Assembly: GCF_024298765.1 (NCBI RefSeq)
Contig: NZ_CP101210.1
Strand: one strand, 5' to 3'
DNA: 64,000 nucleotides
From: Escherichia coli
GTDB taxonomy: Bacteria; Pseudomonadota; Gammaproteobacteria; Enterobacterales; Enterobacteriaceae
The position numbers were made by a program, and so were the translations under genes. The first letter of the stretch is position 1. Each line of letters starts with the position of its first letter. The notes beneath the pieces were generated by a model, which was not told the origin of the DNA, searched no databases, and was given only the letters and a program-made list of their open reading frames with translations. This document shows positions 33,453 to 42,645 of this stretch, one piece after another.

Positions 33453-34271
33453 TCAGCGCATGCTCTCCAGCAGCGTTTCTGCCATCACCCACAATGCGCG
33501 ATTGAGCTTAATGTCCGTGTCGATGCTGTGAATGGCACGGGTGTGGATACGTTTTCCTTTAGCGCTGCGACCAGAAATCCCGCCTTTCAGCATATTTTCC
33601 TGGATGGTCTGATAAGCACTCCACAGGTCCTTACCGTAATCCTCCCGGCGTCGTGGCGTCAGAATGTCGGCGGTGGTGACGGGCTGATGTTCGTCACCAT
33701 AACGGTAAGTCAGTGCCGCCTGTGCCAGCGCCTGGCGTGCCGGTGGCGGCAGGACCAGCGACTGCATGGCATCACGCTTTTCCTCAATCCGGTCAAAAAC
33801 GCCCACCACTTCGTAAGCCCCTTCAATGACTCTGTCCACCACATTTCCCCGGTGCGGAACACGCACTTCCCCCAGAGACTGACCACAGACGCAGCCGTTC
33901 TGGCAGACGAACCTGAAGTAACCCGGCAGCATCTGGTAGCTGGAGGTACCGTCATGGGAGTTCAGCAGGATGATTTCAGGGACATGTTGTCCGTTTATCT
34001 CCCCGTCACGGCGCAGACGCAGCATGTGTTTGGTATACCCCCGGCGGCCCGGGTCACGTACGCGGGTCTGGCAGGCAAAGAAGGGCTGAAAGCCTTCCCG
34101 CTGCAGGCTTTCCAGCACGGTGATGGTGGGGATCCAGGTATAGTTCTCGCTTCTGGATGTGTGCTTATCTTCCCCGAATACGCTGGGGACGACCTGCATC
34201 AGTTCTTCGCGAGTTAAGGGGCGGTCACGGCGTATCTGGTTCGCATAACCAAAACGACTTGCTAATCGCAT
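33453..34271 (-). CDS. DUF932-family protein (YfjQ/YafZ-like)
   Basis: 272 aa; position and sequence typical of CP4-type islands. Confidence 0.65.
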   Translation of the reverse strand: MRLASRFGYANQIRRDRPLTREELMQVVPSVFGEDKHTSRSENYTWIPTITVLESLQREGFQPFFACQTRVRDPGRRGYTKHMLRLRRDGEINGQHVPEIILLNSHDGTSSYQMLPGYFRFVCQNGCVCGQSLGEVRVPHRGNVVDRVIEGAYEVVGVFDRIEEKRDAMQSLVLPPPARQALAQAALTYRYGDEHQPVTTADILTPRRREDYGKDLWSAYQTIQENMLKGGISGRSAKGKRIHTRAIHSIDTDIKLNRALWVMAETLLESMR

Positions 34272-34361
34272 GATTTGCTCCTTATGAATGAGTTAGCGAT
34301 ATAAATGAAAAAGCCGCGCCTCCCGGAGAAGACGCGGCCTGATGGATGAAATGAATGACGT

Positions 34362-34571
34362 TTATTGTCTGAGAAGCCCTTCACTGGCGAGCCACACATT
34401 AAGCTGTTTTCCGGCATCGGATTCAAAATTCCAGTACCGCCAGCGCAACTGACCTTCAGCATTACGGATAACCAGCCGGAAATGCGTTCCCTGGTCATCT
34501 TCAATAAGCACATTGCGGTAAGCTGTTGTGACGGCAACCGCCTGTTCGCGTGAGAAAGGGCCTTCGGGCAA
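34362..34571 (-). CDS. Small DUF905-like protein
   Basis: 69 aa [49 protein letters not shown]... Confidence 0.45.
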   Translation of the reverse strand: MPEGPFSREQAVAVTTAYRNVLIEDDQGTHFRLVIRNAEGQLRWRYWNFESDAGKQLNVWLASEGLLRQ

Positions 34572-34600
34572 TTAAACAGGGTGACAGTCCGACATACCGG

Positions 34601-35278
34601 CTATTTTCCGATAAATTCAACGCTGGCACCGGTGGCATTACCGTCAGCACCAACCGTGACGGTCACTTTGTCGTACGCACGGTCTTCAGGATTGAACACT
34701 TCAAACTCAACCTTATTGCCTTTTACTTCGTAAGAGCCAAAATCAGCGGTTTCTGTTGTTTCCTCGTCATATTCCCGGGCGTATGCCAGCCGGGCAGCCT
34801 GCAGGACGGAATCTTTATTAATGGCGGGTGTCTGTTTCGGGGAAAAACCGGCAAGTGATGTGACAAATTTCGGACAGACCTTCAGCATATCACCGCGGGT
34901 GAATTCCATTCGTACACCAAATGCCTGTAAAACGGACACATCACGCTCTGCTATGGAGTGAACGGCTTTTTTGACCATTTCCGGCGCCTGTCCGATTTCC
35001 ACCTCAACAGCCCTGAATCCCGTCTGCTGATTACACATTTGTGATGTGGGGATCAGGTTACCGTTAATACTGATACGGCTGCCCAGGAGCGTCTGTACAC
35101 CATTCGGGCATCCCTGCATCAGGCCGGTAATACCAATCGTGCCATTTTTCAGCATTACCAGCGCCTGACCATCTTCCGTCATGGTCTGACACCAGCCGTT
35201 TTTGACAGCCCAGTTGCCGGCGGAGGCGGAGAATGATGCCACAGTGAACAGCAGGGGAAAAAGAGCTCTGGTATTCAT
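34601..35278 (-). CDS. Exported hypothetical protein (signal peptide)
   Basis: From MNTRALFPLLFTVASFSASAG...; cleavable-looking signal peptide; no functional motif recognised. Confidence 0.45.
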   Translation of the reverse strand: MNTRALFPLLFTVASFSASAGNWAVKNGWCQTMTEDGQALVMLKNGTIGITGLMQGCPNGVQTLLGSRISINGNLIPTSQMCNQQTGFRAVEVEIGQAPEMVKKAVHSIAERDVSVLQAFGVRMEFTRGDMLKVCPKFVTSLAGFSPKQTPAINKDSVLQAARLAYAREYDEETTETADFGSYEVKGNKVEFEVFNPEDRAYDKVTVTVGADGNATGASVEFIGK

Positions 35279-35425
35279 GACTGACCTCTGAAATGAACGT
35301 ACGGTGTTATTGATAATGATGGAAGGTATGCAGTGACTGTTCAGGGAATGACGTAGCCGTATATTTAGTTTTCTGTTCAACATATTGTCTCCATACCTGT
35401 CGGGACGGCTTTGGCAGGCCGGCGA

Positions 35426-36106
35426 TCACAGGTTAAAGGTGTTGATAAGTTTATGGATGAAAGAGAAATGTGGCAGGGCGGAGATAAAACGCTCTTCAGC
35501 GACCAGACTGTGGATGTGGCCTCTCCGTTCAAACCGTTCTGATGTCAGGCTGACTGATTTGATATCTGCCAGAGGAAAGACCTGCAGTTTTCCCTTCTGT
35601 AACGCGATCAGATACCAGCTACCGCTGTAATAAATGAGCCGGCAGGGCTCCAGTGACGGATACCATCGCTCAGTCATCAGAGAGATGTGGATACACTGTC
35701 TTATTGCCAGGATGAGTTGCGAGAAACACTCGGGGAACGTTGCAGTGATATCCGGCGCCGGTAGCCAGATAAGGCAGGGAGAGGGCTCCTGGTTGTCGGT
35801 AAGACAGGTTATCAGTCGTCCGTTCCGGAGCGGAAGTATCCGTGCGATCCCGGTATTCTGTATAAAAGAAAGCATTTCAGGGATCGCACCTGGGCTGCTC
35901 TGTCGTCTGAGGCTGTACCTGCCATTTCTGTACTCTAAATCCAGGTGAACCAGACGCTGATGAAAATCGCGCTGTAAAGTACGTTCTGTAACGCCAAATT
36001 CATCTGACAGTGTTTTTAGTGACAGAGATTCTCCGGCCATCAGTCGGCTGATAATGAGTGATAAGCGAACCGCCAGGCGATCATGCCGGGAACGATTATC
36101 AGACAT
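35426..36106 (-). CDS. HTH + WYL-domain transcriptional regulator (YfjR-like)
   Basis: MSDNRSRHDRLAVRLSLIISRLMAGESLSLKTLSDEFGVTERTLQRDF... N-terminal HTH, C-terminal ...GSWYLIAL... WYL-like segment. Confidence 0.7.
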   Translation of the reverse strand: MSDNRSRHDRLAVRLSLIISRLMAGESLSLKTLSDEFGVTERTLQRDFHQRLVHLDLEYRNGRYSLRRQSSPGAIPEMLSFIQNTGIARILPLRNGRLITCLTDNQEPSPCLIWLPAPDITATFPECFSQLILAIRQCIHISLMTERWYPSLEPCRLIYYSGSWYLIALQKGKLQVFPLADIKSVSLTSERFERRGHIHSLVAEERFISALPHFSFIHKLINTFNL

Positions 36107-36308
36107 AGATGTGCACTCCGTAAGAAAACATCTTTTATTTCATGATGTTATTATGCATCATGATGTTGAAAGGATGTGTCGCATCCGAATAATCAGAAAT
36201 AAAATGCAGCAGAAAAAATATTCCTTTAATTATCTGATTTTTAAGCAGGGTTTCATAAAAAGAAGAATGCTTGTTAATCCAGCGACACATCCTGTCGGCG
36301 TGAGTGTG

Positions 36309-37193
36309 TCAGAACAGACGATCCCACAGTGTGACCAGCAAGTGGATAATGCGGTCCCGGGCCTTACGCAGAAGCTGTAACATCCAGGCCGGAAAGCTGA
36401 ATTGGGCAACGGCAGCGTCAAAGCTTTTCCCGATGGCGTCACCAAAAGTTTGTTGTGCGTGTTTCCGGGCCTGTTCAGAGCGGTTTTCCCCCCGGATATG
36501 TGAATAAACTGCGCTGGTTGCCTGTGGTGGCAGTGCGTGGATCATCAGCGACACCAGTGCCGGAAGATTCCAGCCGACAGGTGCGGCAACGGAGAGTACC
36601 GGAAATGATGACGGGAACAGGGGTGCCACCCGGGCTGTTACTGTCGCCAGTGAGAGTTCCTGCTGACGGGACGGGCATTTTTCTGTGTCGTTCCATTCTT
36701 CAGCAGGAAACACGCGATCGGCATGGCTGAGAACAAACAGAAAACGCGAGGGATCTGCACCTTCATTCAGTAAAAACTGATGCATGGCAATATCAGCAGC
36801 ATACGCACGTTCATCAGCCCGCAGGATCCAGATAATCAGATCCAGTTCCGGCAGTAACTGACGGTAAAGCTCCCGGTATTCCTGATCATGCTGCGGTGTC
36901 TCACCAATGCCGGGCATATCGACCAGCGTCATTCTGCGTTCACCGAGCTGCAGGGTAAGACGATGAGCCTGGCGGGTGCAGCCGTTCAGGGGATGCGTGG
37001 CGCAGATACGGGACTGAAAAATGGCATTACACAGACTGCTTTTGCCGGTGCCGGATTTACCCATAATGCCAATTACGGGCTCGTAATGAATAACACCGTG
37101 GAGATGTTCAAGGATTTTCTGGCGAATTTCTTCAGGAAGAAACGTCAGATATGATTTTACTTGTGCAGAGAGGGAAGAATGGCTGAATGACAT
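36309..37193 (-). CDS. GTP-binding protein (YfjP/YkfA/YeeP family)
   Basis: G1 motif GIMGKSGTGKSS, G3-like DMPGIGE; 294 aa. Confidence 0.8.
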   Translation of the reverse strand: MSFSHSSLSAQVKSYLTFLPEEIRQKILEHLHGVIHYEPVIGIMGKSGTGKSSLCNAIFQSRICATHPLNGCTRQAHRLTLQLGERRMTLVDMPGIGETPQHDQEYRELYRQLLPELDLIIWILRADERAYAADIAMHQFLLNEGADPSRFLFVLSHADRVFPAEEWNDTEKCPSRQQELSLATVTARVAPLFPSSFPVLSVAAPVGWNLPALVSLMIHALPPQATSAVYSHIRGENRSEQARKHAQQTFGDAIGKSFDAAVAQFSFPAWMLQLLRKARDRIIHLLVTLWDRLF

Positions 37194-37377
37194 ACCGGTA
37201 TCCTGTTGATTTCGCTGAACCGGATCACACTAATCCGGTTTATCATTCAGGTAATATGGACGTGAAAAATGATGGAATGTCTGAATTACGGACATGATTG
37301 TTAAAGTGTAATGGAGTATGAAGTGAGTTTTTCCGAACGGGAACTAATGACATACTGCGGTTTCAGGAGATGAGAGG

Positions 37378-38508
37378 ATGACCGGACGTAAAAACAAATG
37401 TGTCAGAAAAAATTGTAACAATCAGGTTTTCTCAGTAAAAATGGCAGTGGAGAAAAGACTGTGCAGAAAACATTATGAGAGGTTTTGTGAGCTCAAAAAA
37501 AGAAGAGAGCAAAATCCTGTTCACAGATTAAATGAAGCATTGCCAAGAAAGATAAAAGGACCAAAAAGTAAGAAAAAATTAGTAAAAGAAAGAGAAATCA
37601 TTAACAGCAGAAAAAAACATAAACAGGAGCAGGGACCATCGCTGACTGAACTTAATAAAAAAGTTCGTGAGATACTGAAAACTCCTGCATGGAGAACGCT
37701 GGAAACGAGAATTCGAAGAAACGGAATCACATTTAACTCAAAAGCAGAGTTAGATGCGCTTTCTGAACTTTATGCAATTTATTCATGGGTTTCATATTGC
37801 AAACGGGGCGATAATTATTCTGTGTGGTTTTTGAATTGTCCGGATGTAAATATAAACCTTCATGTGTGCGAATGCCGGTCTTCTGAAAGCGATTGTTATC
37901 TGCCATCTCGTTTTATTATTCTTCCAGCTCCATTAAGGCAAAAAGTAAAAAGAAAATACTCGGCTAATTCGTCTGGGGTACCAGGACATAATGATTCAAA
38001 AAGTCTTTATAAGACAGTTTTGTCTGTTTGTGGTGGGAAAAGAGAAACCGAAATGTTCTTTTATTCATTGCCAGTAAAGACTAATCATCATCCTTACTGG
38101 ATTAAAAGTGGTGTGGTTAAAAGATTCCCTCCTGTTTTTGGTTTGTTGTTTTATGAACAGGAAAGATTAACAGGAGGTGTTTTTCGTTATGTGTTGATAA
38201 GATTTTATAATACTTTTAAAGAGAATTTGTTTTTTGTTGAGATTGTATCGTGCTGTTTTCTTGTTGAGCTTTTTCATGATATTGATTCATTTTTTATAAA
38301 TCAACGATTAAGTAAGCTGGAAAGTTTTATAGATAAGTGGAGGGAGGGTAAAGAAATCTGGATAAAAGTATATTTACAACTGATACATACTATATTGGGA
38401 ATAACTGAAACAGAAAAACTCGTCAATCTATATAATTCATTTTTTACTGATAAAGTGGTTCTCTGGGATGAATCAGTAAAAAAAGTTAAGTGGATTTATG
38501 AGAAATAG
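37378..38508 (+). CDS. Hypothetical Lys-rich protein with Cys-rich N-terminus (orphan)
   Basis: 376-aa ORF, strongly AT-rich by eye; N-terminus CVRKNCNNQ...CRKHYERFC; no recognisable homolog. Confidence 0.45.
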   Translation: MTGRKNKCVRKNCNNQVFSVKMAVEKRLCRKHYERFCELKKRREQNPVHRLNEALPRKIKGPKSKKKLVKEREIINSRKKHKQEQGPSLTELNKKVREILKTPAWRTLETRIRRNGITFNSKAELDALSELYAIYSWVSYCKRGDNYSVWFLNCPDVNINLHVCECRSSESDCYLPSRFIILPAPLRQKVKRKYSANSSGVPGHNDSKSLYKTVLSVCGGKRETEMFFYSLPVKTNHHPYWIKSGVVKRFPPVFGLLFYEQERLTGGVFRYVLIRFYNTFKENLFFVEIVSCCFLVELFHDIDSFFINQRLSKLESFIDKWREGKEIWIKVYLQLIHTILGITETEKLVNLYNSFFTDKVVLWDESVKKVKWIYEK

Positions 38509-40013
38509 TACCATTTAACTGAAAGCCACCATAACGTCTTTTTGACTACATTTATGATAATGCGTCTCATTTTGTTTTCGTTTTTTTGTTCAGGGAAATT
38601 TTCCGAACATCAGTGATAATGAGGGTTTTGTTGTTTTTGTTTCTGCAATGTTTGAGGACTGTTCCTGGAGACGATTCGTTGCTTGTGAGCAAGAGGTGGT
38701 CCGCTTTACTGGACAAGTTTTGCATTTGTTGAGTGGTGAAATGGAAGTAAAAAGAGCCCCTTTCTGGCAATGGTTGAAAAAGTCAGTAGCGTGTGACAGT
38801 AAAAGCTAACATAAAGTGATTATCGTATGATTATGACAATGACTTATAACTTTTATGAAAAGAACAACAGAAACTACGAAGCCATAGCAGATTCCTGAGA
38901 CCATGTTTTCTGAGGTAGAGAAAATAATTCCAGAGTAAATCTGTTCTGTTTTTAGGACAGAAAACTCCATGCTGGCTGTAAAAGTGAAAAATTAACACCC
39001 AGTATGTATGGAAGTCTGAAGATGTTGAGAATGTCGGTATGATACTATATACACATATTTTACTAAGTATTTTTACTAAGCATTTCAGTAAGTGTTATAC
39101 ACGTATTTTCATAAACACTTCTACAATTGTTTTCGTTAAGCATTGCTATACACATCCAGTTTAGTAAATCTTTACGTTAACTAAATCAGTTTAATGCTGC
39201 TGTAAAACCTTTCTGCTTCAGCAATCAATCTGCTATTCGATTTTACTGATGTTACGTTTAACCTTTCCTGAGATTTCGAGTTTCGACGTTAGCATGAGAA
39301 AAGTATCTTTACGCTAAATCAACCCGAACTTTCCTGAAGTAATCTGACGTTCTTTTCGATGTGCTTACAACGATTCTGTTAAATGACTTTCTGGATGTTT
39401 TGATAACAATCAGATTTAGGCATTAACGATTCCTGACGTTTTTCTTTTCCGTGTAAGGTCATTGTTTTCGTCATGAGGTTTCTTCTTGCATTGCGAAAGT
39501 GTGATGAACGGTTTTGGTGTTTTGATTCAGATGAAGTTTACGTTATCGATGGTTAATCGTTTTTATGGTGCGTAGTGAAACGTAACGCTTTCAGGAAGGG
39601 AAAATCGATTCTGATGGGGATGATCGTGTAACGGCGTTATCTGTAAACAGGTTTTAAACATGTCATTCGCATCCGTGATTGAGTTGTGTGATTAAGCTGT
39701 AGGTTTTGGGGTTGTTGTTGATTTGCATTACCAGGAAGCGTTCTGGTTGCGTTTCTGGTGTTTTGTTTGAATGTTCTGTGGATCCTTTTCCCTTCTGACT
39801 TTTCTCGTTGTCTATGTCGTTTTTAAATCCATTCGCTGTTCTTGAGTGTTTTTACCCTGTGTGTAGAATTATCTTTTCGTTCCGGGATGGTTTGTTCCGT
39901 TTCAATCACTCTTAATCAGAAAGTTGTAGCATTGCTCAATGCCGGATGCCGTAAAGTTTTACCGCGGTGATTAATGATGTGAAGTCAATCCAAATCAACG
40001 GAGATCTCTCATC

Positions 40014-40745
40014 ATGAATCAACCAATACACAATGCTTACTGGTTATCCCGTTTTGACAGCCTTCTCGACAGTGCCCTGGCGCAGCACCGTGCCGTCTCG
40101 TTAATCCGGGTGGATTTACGTTTCCCTGAGTATATGCCTGTCACCATCATGGATCCCGATCCGGATTCAGCGGTGATTTCTCGTTTTTTTGCATCCCTGA
40201 AAGCCAAAATTCAGGCTTACCAGCGGAAAAAAAGATGTGCCAATCAGCGTGTGCATGCAACCAGCCTGGGTTATTTCTGGTGCCGGGAGTTCGGCAAGAT
40301 GTATGGCAGGAAACATTATCACGTGATATTACTGCTCAACAAAGATACCTGGTGCTCGCTCGGGGATTTCAGCGAACCGTCTTCGCTGGCGACGATGATC
40401 CAGGAGGCATGGTGCAGCGCCCTGCATCTTGAGCCCTGGCAGGGTAATGGACTGGTTCATTTTTCCAGGCGGACGCCTTTCCGTAAACCGACATCATCTG
40501 ATGCTCGCCCTTCTTCCGATGATACGCCTTTGTCGGGTGGATGTTCTGAAACCAGGAAGGTTTCAGACAAAAAGTCTGGTGAAGCCGCTGTTCTCTGGAT
40601 CAAGCGTGGTGATGTGGAAGCGATGCAGAAAGCCCGGAACAGAGCCAGTTATCTCGTGAAAAATGAAACGAAGTTGCATGATGGTTCAGGTCAACGTAAT
40701 TATGGTTGCAGTCGTGGGCCGGGGCGTCTACTGGATGGCAGGTGA
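40014..40745 (+). CDS. YfjJ/YagK-like (inovirus Gp2-family) protein
   Basis: 243 aa MNQPIHNAYWLSRFDSLLDSALAQHRAVSLIRVDLRFPEY...; resembles prophage-island YagK/YfjJ proteins. Confidence 0.6.
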   Translation: MNQPIHNAYWLSRFDSLLDSALAQHRAVSLIRVDLRFPEYMPVTIMDPDPDSAVISRFFASLKAKIQAYQRKKRCANQRVHATSLGYFWCREFGKMYGRKHYHVILLLNKDTWCSLGDFSEPSSLATMIQEAWCSALHLEPWQGNGLVHFSRRTPFRKPTSSDARPSSDDTPLSGGCSETRKVSDKKSGEAAVLWIKRGDVEAMQKARNRASYLVKNETKLHDGSGQRNYGCSRGPGRLLDGR

Positions 40746-41111
40746 ACCCTGTAAAACAGCATCTGGTGCCTGAGTGTATACCACGGTAAGGGCGTTGGAT
40801 GATGTCTTTAAATAATACAGTGCATTTTCATTCGTTTCCGCACTTTATGTTTTCACTAATCATAATAGGAAAAGTGACCACTAGCCTTGATAAATTGTAT
40901 TCACGGCCATTTCAGGAGTGGATTGTTGTGAATAACACGATGAGATCAGGGGGCTGAAGATTTTTTCTTTATCCGTTCAGACTTCAGTAACTGGAAAAAG
41001 CTTTCTGTAACCGCATTATAGTGGCAGTTACCGCGATGGTCGTGTTATTTCAGGAACGACTGACGCTCATGGCTTGTACACTAAAGAGTGAACTTAGGTA
41101 ATGACTCCAAC

Positions 41112-41615
41112 TTATTGATAGTGTTTTATGTTCAGATAATGCCCGATGACTTTGTCATGCAGCTCCACCGATTTTGAGAACGACAGCGACTTCCGTCCCA
41201 GCCGTGCCAGGTGCTGCCTCAGATTCAGGTTATGCCGCTCAATTCGCTGCGTATATCGCTTGCTGATTACGTGCAGCTTTCCCTTCAGGCGGGATTCATA
41301 CAGCGGCCAGCCATCCGTCATCCATATCACCACGTCAAAGGGTGACAGCAGGCTCATAAGACGCCCCAGCGTCGCCATAGTGCGTTCACCGAATACGTGC
41401 GCAACAACCGTCTTCCGGAGACTGTCATACGCGTAAAACAGCCAGCGCTGGCGCGATTTAGCCCCGACATAGCCCCACTGTTCGTCCATTTCCTCGCAGA
41501 CGATGACGTCACTGCCCGGCTGTATGCGCGAGGTTACCGACTGCGGCCTGAGTTTTTTAAGTGACGTAAAATCGTGTTGAGGCCAACGCCCATAATGCGG
41601 GCAGTTGCCCGGCAT
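41112..41615 (-). CDS. insB: IS1 InsB (expressed as InsAB by frameshift)
   Basis: ...[64 protein letters not shown]... Confidence 0.9.
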   Translation of the reverse strand: MPGNCPHYGRWPQHDFTSLKKLRPQSVTSRIQPGSDVIVCEEMDEQWGYVGAKSRQRWLFYAYDSLRKTVVAHVFGERTMATLGRLMSLLSPFDVVIWMTDGWPLYESRLKGKLHVISKRYTQRIERHNLNLRQHLARLGRKSLSFSKSVELHDKVIGHYLNIKHYQ

Positions 41616-41809
41616 CCGACGCCATTCATGGCCATATCAATGATTTTCTGGTGCGTACCGGGTTGAGAGGCGGTGTAAGTGAACTGTAGTTGCCATGTTT
41701 TACGGCAATGAGAGCAGAGATAGCGCTGATGTCCGGCAGTGCTTTTGCCGTTACGCACCACGCCTTCAGGAGCGGAGCAGGAAGGACATCTGATGGAAAT
41801 GGAAGCCAC
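41534..41809 (-). CDS. insA: IS1 InsA
   Basis: [43 protein letters not shown]... Confidence 0.9.
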   Translation of the reverse strand: MASISIRCPSCSAPEGVVRNGKSTAGHQRYLCSHCRKTWQLQFTYTASQPGTHQKIIDMAMNGVGCRATARIMGVGLNTILRHLKNSGRSR

Positions 41810-42072
41810 GCAAGCACCTTAAAATCACCATCATACACTAAATCAGTAAGTTGGCACCATTACCTGACCAAGCTTCCTCTATTGCGGCACCTGATTGCAT
41901 CAATATCGAAAGTGATAAGATCCTCTCACTAGCAGGGCATGACAAGTGTAACTGCTGATTTGTTAGCCTGTTTTAAGTTTTTTAAGATCAATTATTTCTC
42001 ATTTTTTGACTTTATTGCTAGCCGTGAAAATGCAAAGCCTATAGGATACAAAAATTACAATTTGTAGGTTTT

Positions 42073-42579
42073 GTGAGTCATATGAAGGCAACCAATATAG
42101 ACCCTCAACTGCTTGAAAAAGCCACGAGTATCTTTGCTGAGTTGGGCTTACCTATTGAGCAGGCTATTAACGTCTTTTTAGCTAAATCCGTTCAAGCCAA
42201 AGGTTTTCCGTTTTCTGTTGCTCTTGAAAATGAAGTAGAGACACGGGAAGTTGCACAAACGCAACACAATATCAGCAATGCAGAGATAACCGAAGCTATC
42301 CAAGACTTGGTTGAACATGCTCTACCACTGAGTGAAATAGAAAACCTCACGCAGCTAACCTATTGTCGCAACATTTTTGGGTTGTCATTCCCCGTGCTCA
42401 AACTGGCTAAATCATCACGGCCAGAAGACATTCGCAGTGCAGCCAAAGATGCCAAAGAGCGAAACCGCTACTCCACCACTAAAGTGGCCCAGCGAGATGA
42501 AAAAACCTATGTTATTTGCACCCAATGGACCGACAGACATCGTTCTGCATTTTGCCGTTGGCAAGCCATCTTTAGCTAG
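42073..42579 (+). CDS. RelB/DinJ-like antitoxin-domain protein with C-terminal extension
   Basis: N-terminus MKATNIDPQLLEKATSIFAELGLPIEQAINVFLAKSVQAKGFPF resembles DinJ/RelB RHH antitoxins; ~90-aa C-terminal extension unrecognised; no adjacent toxin ORF. Confidence 0.5.
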   Translation: MSHMKATNIDPQLLEKATSIFAELGLPIEQAINVFLAKSVQAKGFPFSVALENEVETREVAQTQHNISNAEITEAIQDLVEHALPLSEIENLTQLTYCRNIFGLSFPVLKLAKSSRPEDIRSAAKDAKERNRYSTTKVAQRDEKTYVICTQWTDRHRSAFCRWQAIFS

Positions 42580-42645
42580 AACGCAAAATAATAACCAAAC
42601 AATACACTGATTTTTTAACGATTTAACTTCATTTAGGTAGTATCA

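Larger units (their letters stand above)
41097..41864 (-). mobile_element. IS1 insertion sequence (768 bp)
   Basis: Ends ggtaatgactccaacttattgat ... atcagtaagttggcaccattacc match IS1 terminal inverted repeats; contains insA and insB. Confidence 0.95.

Noticed and set aside
32396-34217. 329-aa and 275-aa plus-strand ORFs across the CP4-like module
   Set aside because: They overlap the minus-strand radC-like, antirestriction and DUF932 genes, which have recognisable family signatures; the plus-strand translations are His/Gly/Gln-rich with no motifs.
38509-40013. CRISPR array in the ORF-less AT-rich tract
   Set aside because: The repeats are short (7-10 nt) and irregularly spaced, with no 25-40 nt direct repeats separated by unique spacers and no cas genes nearby.
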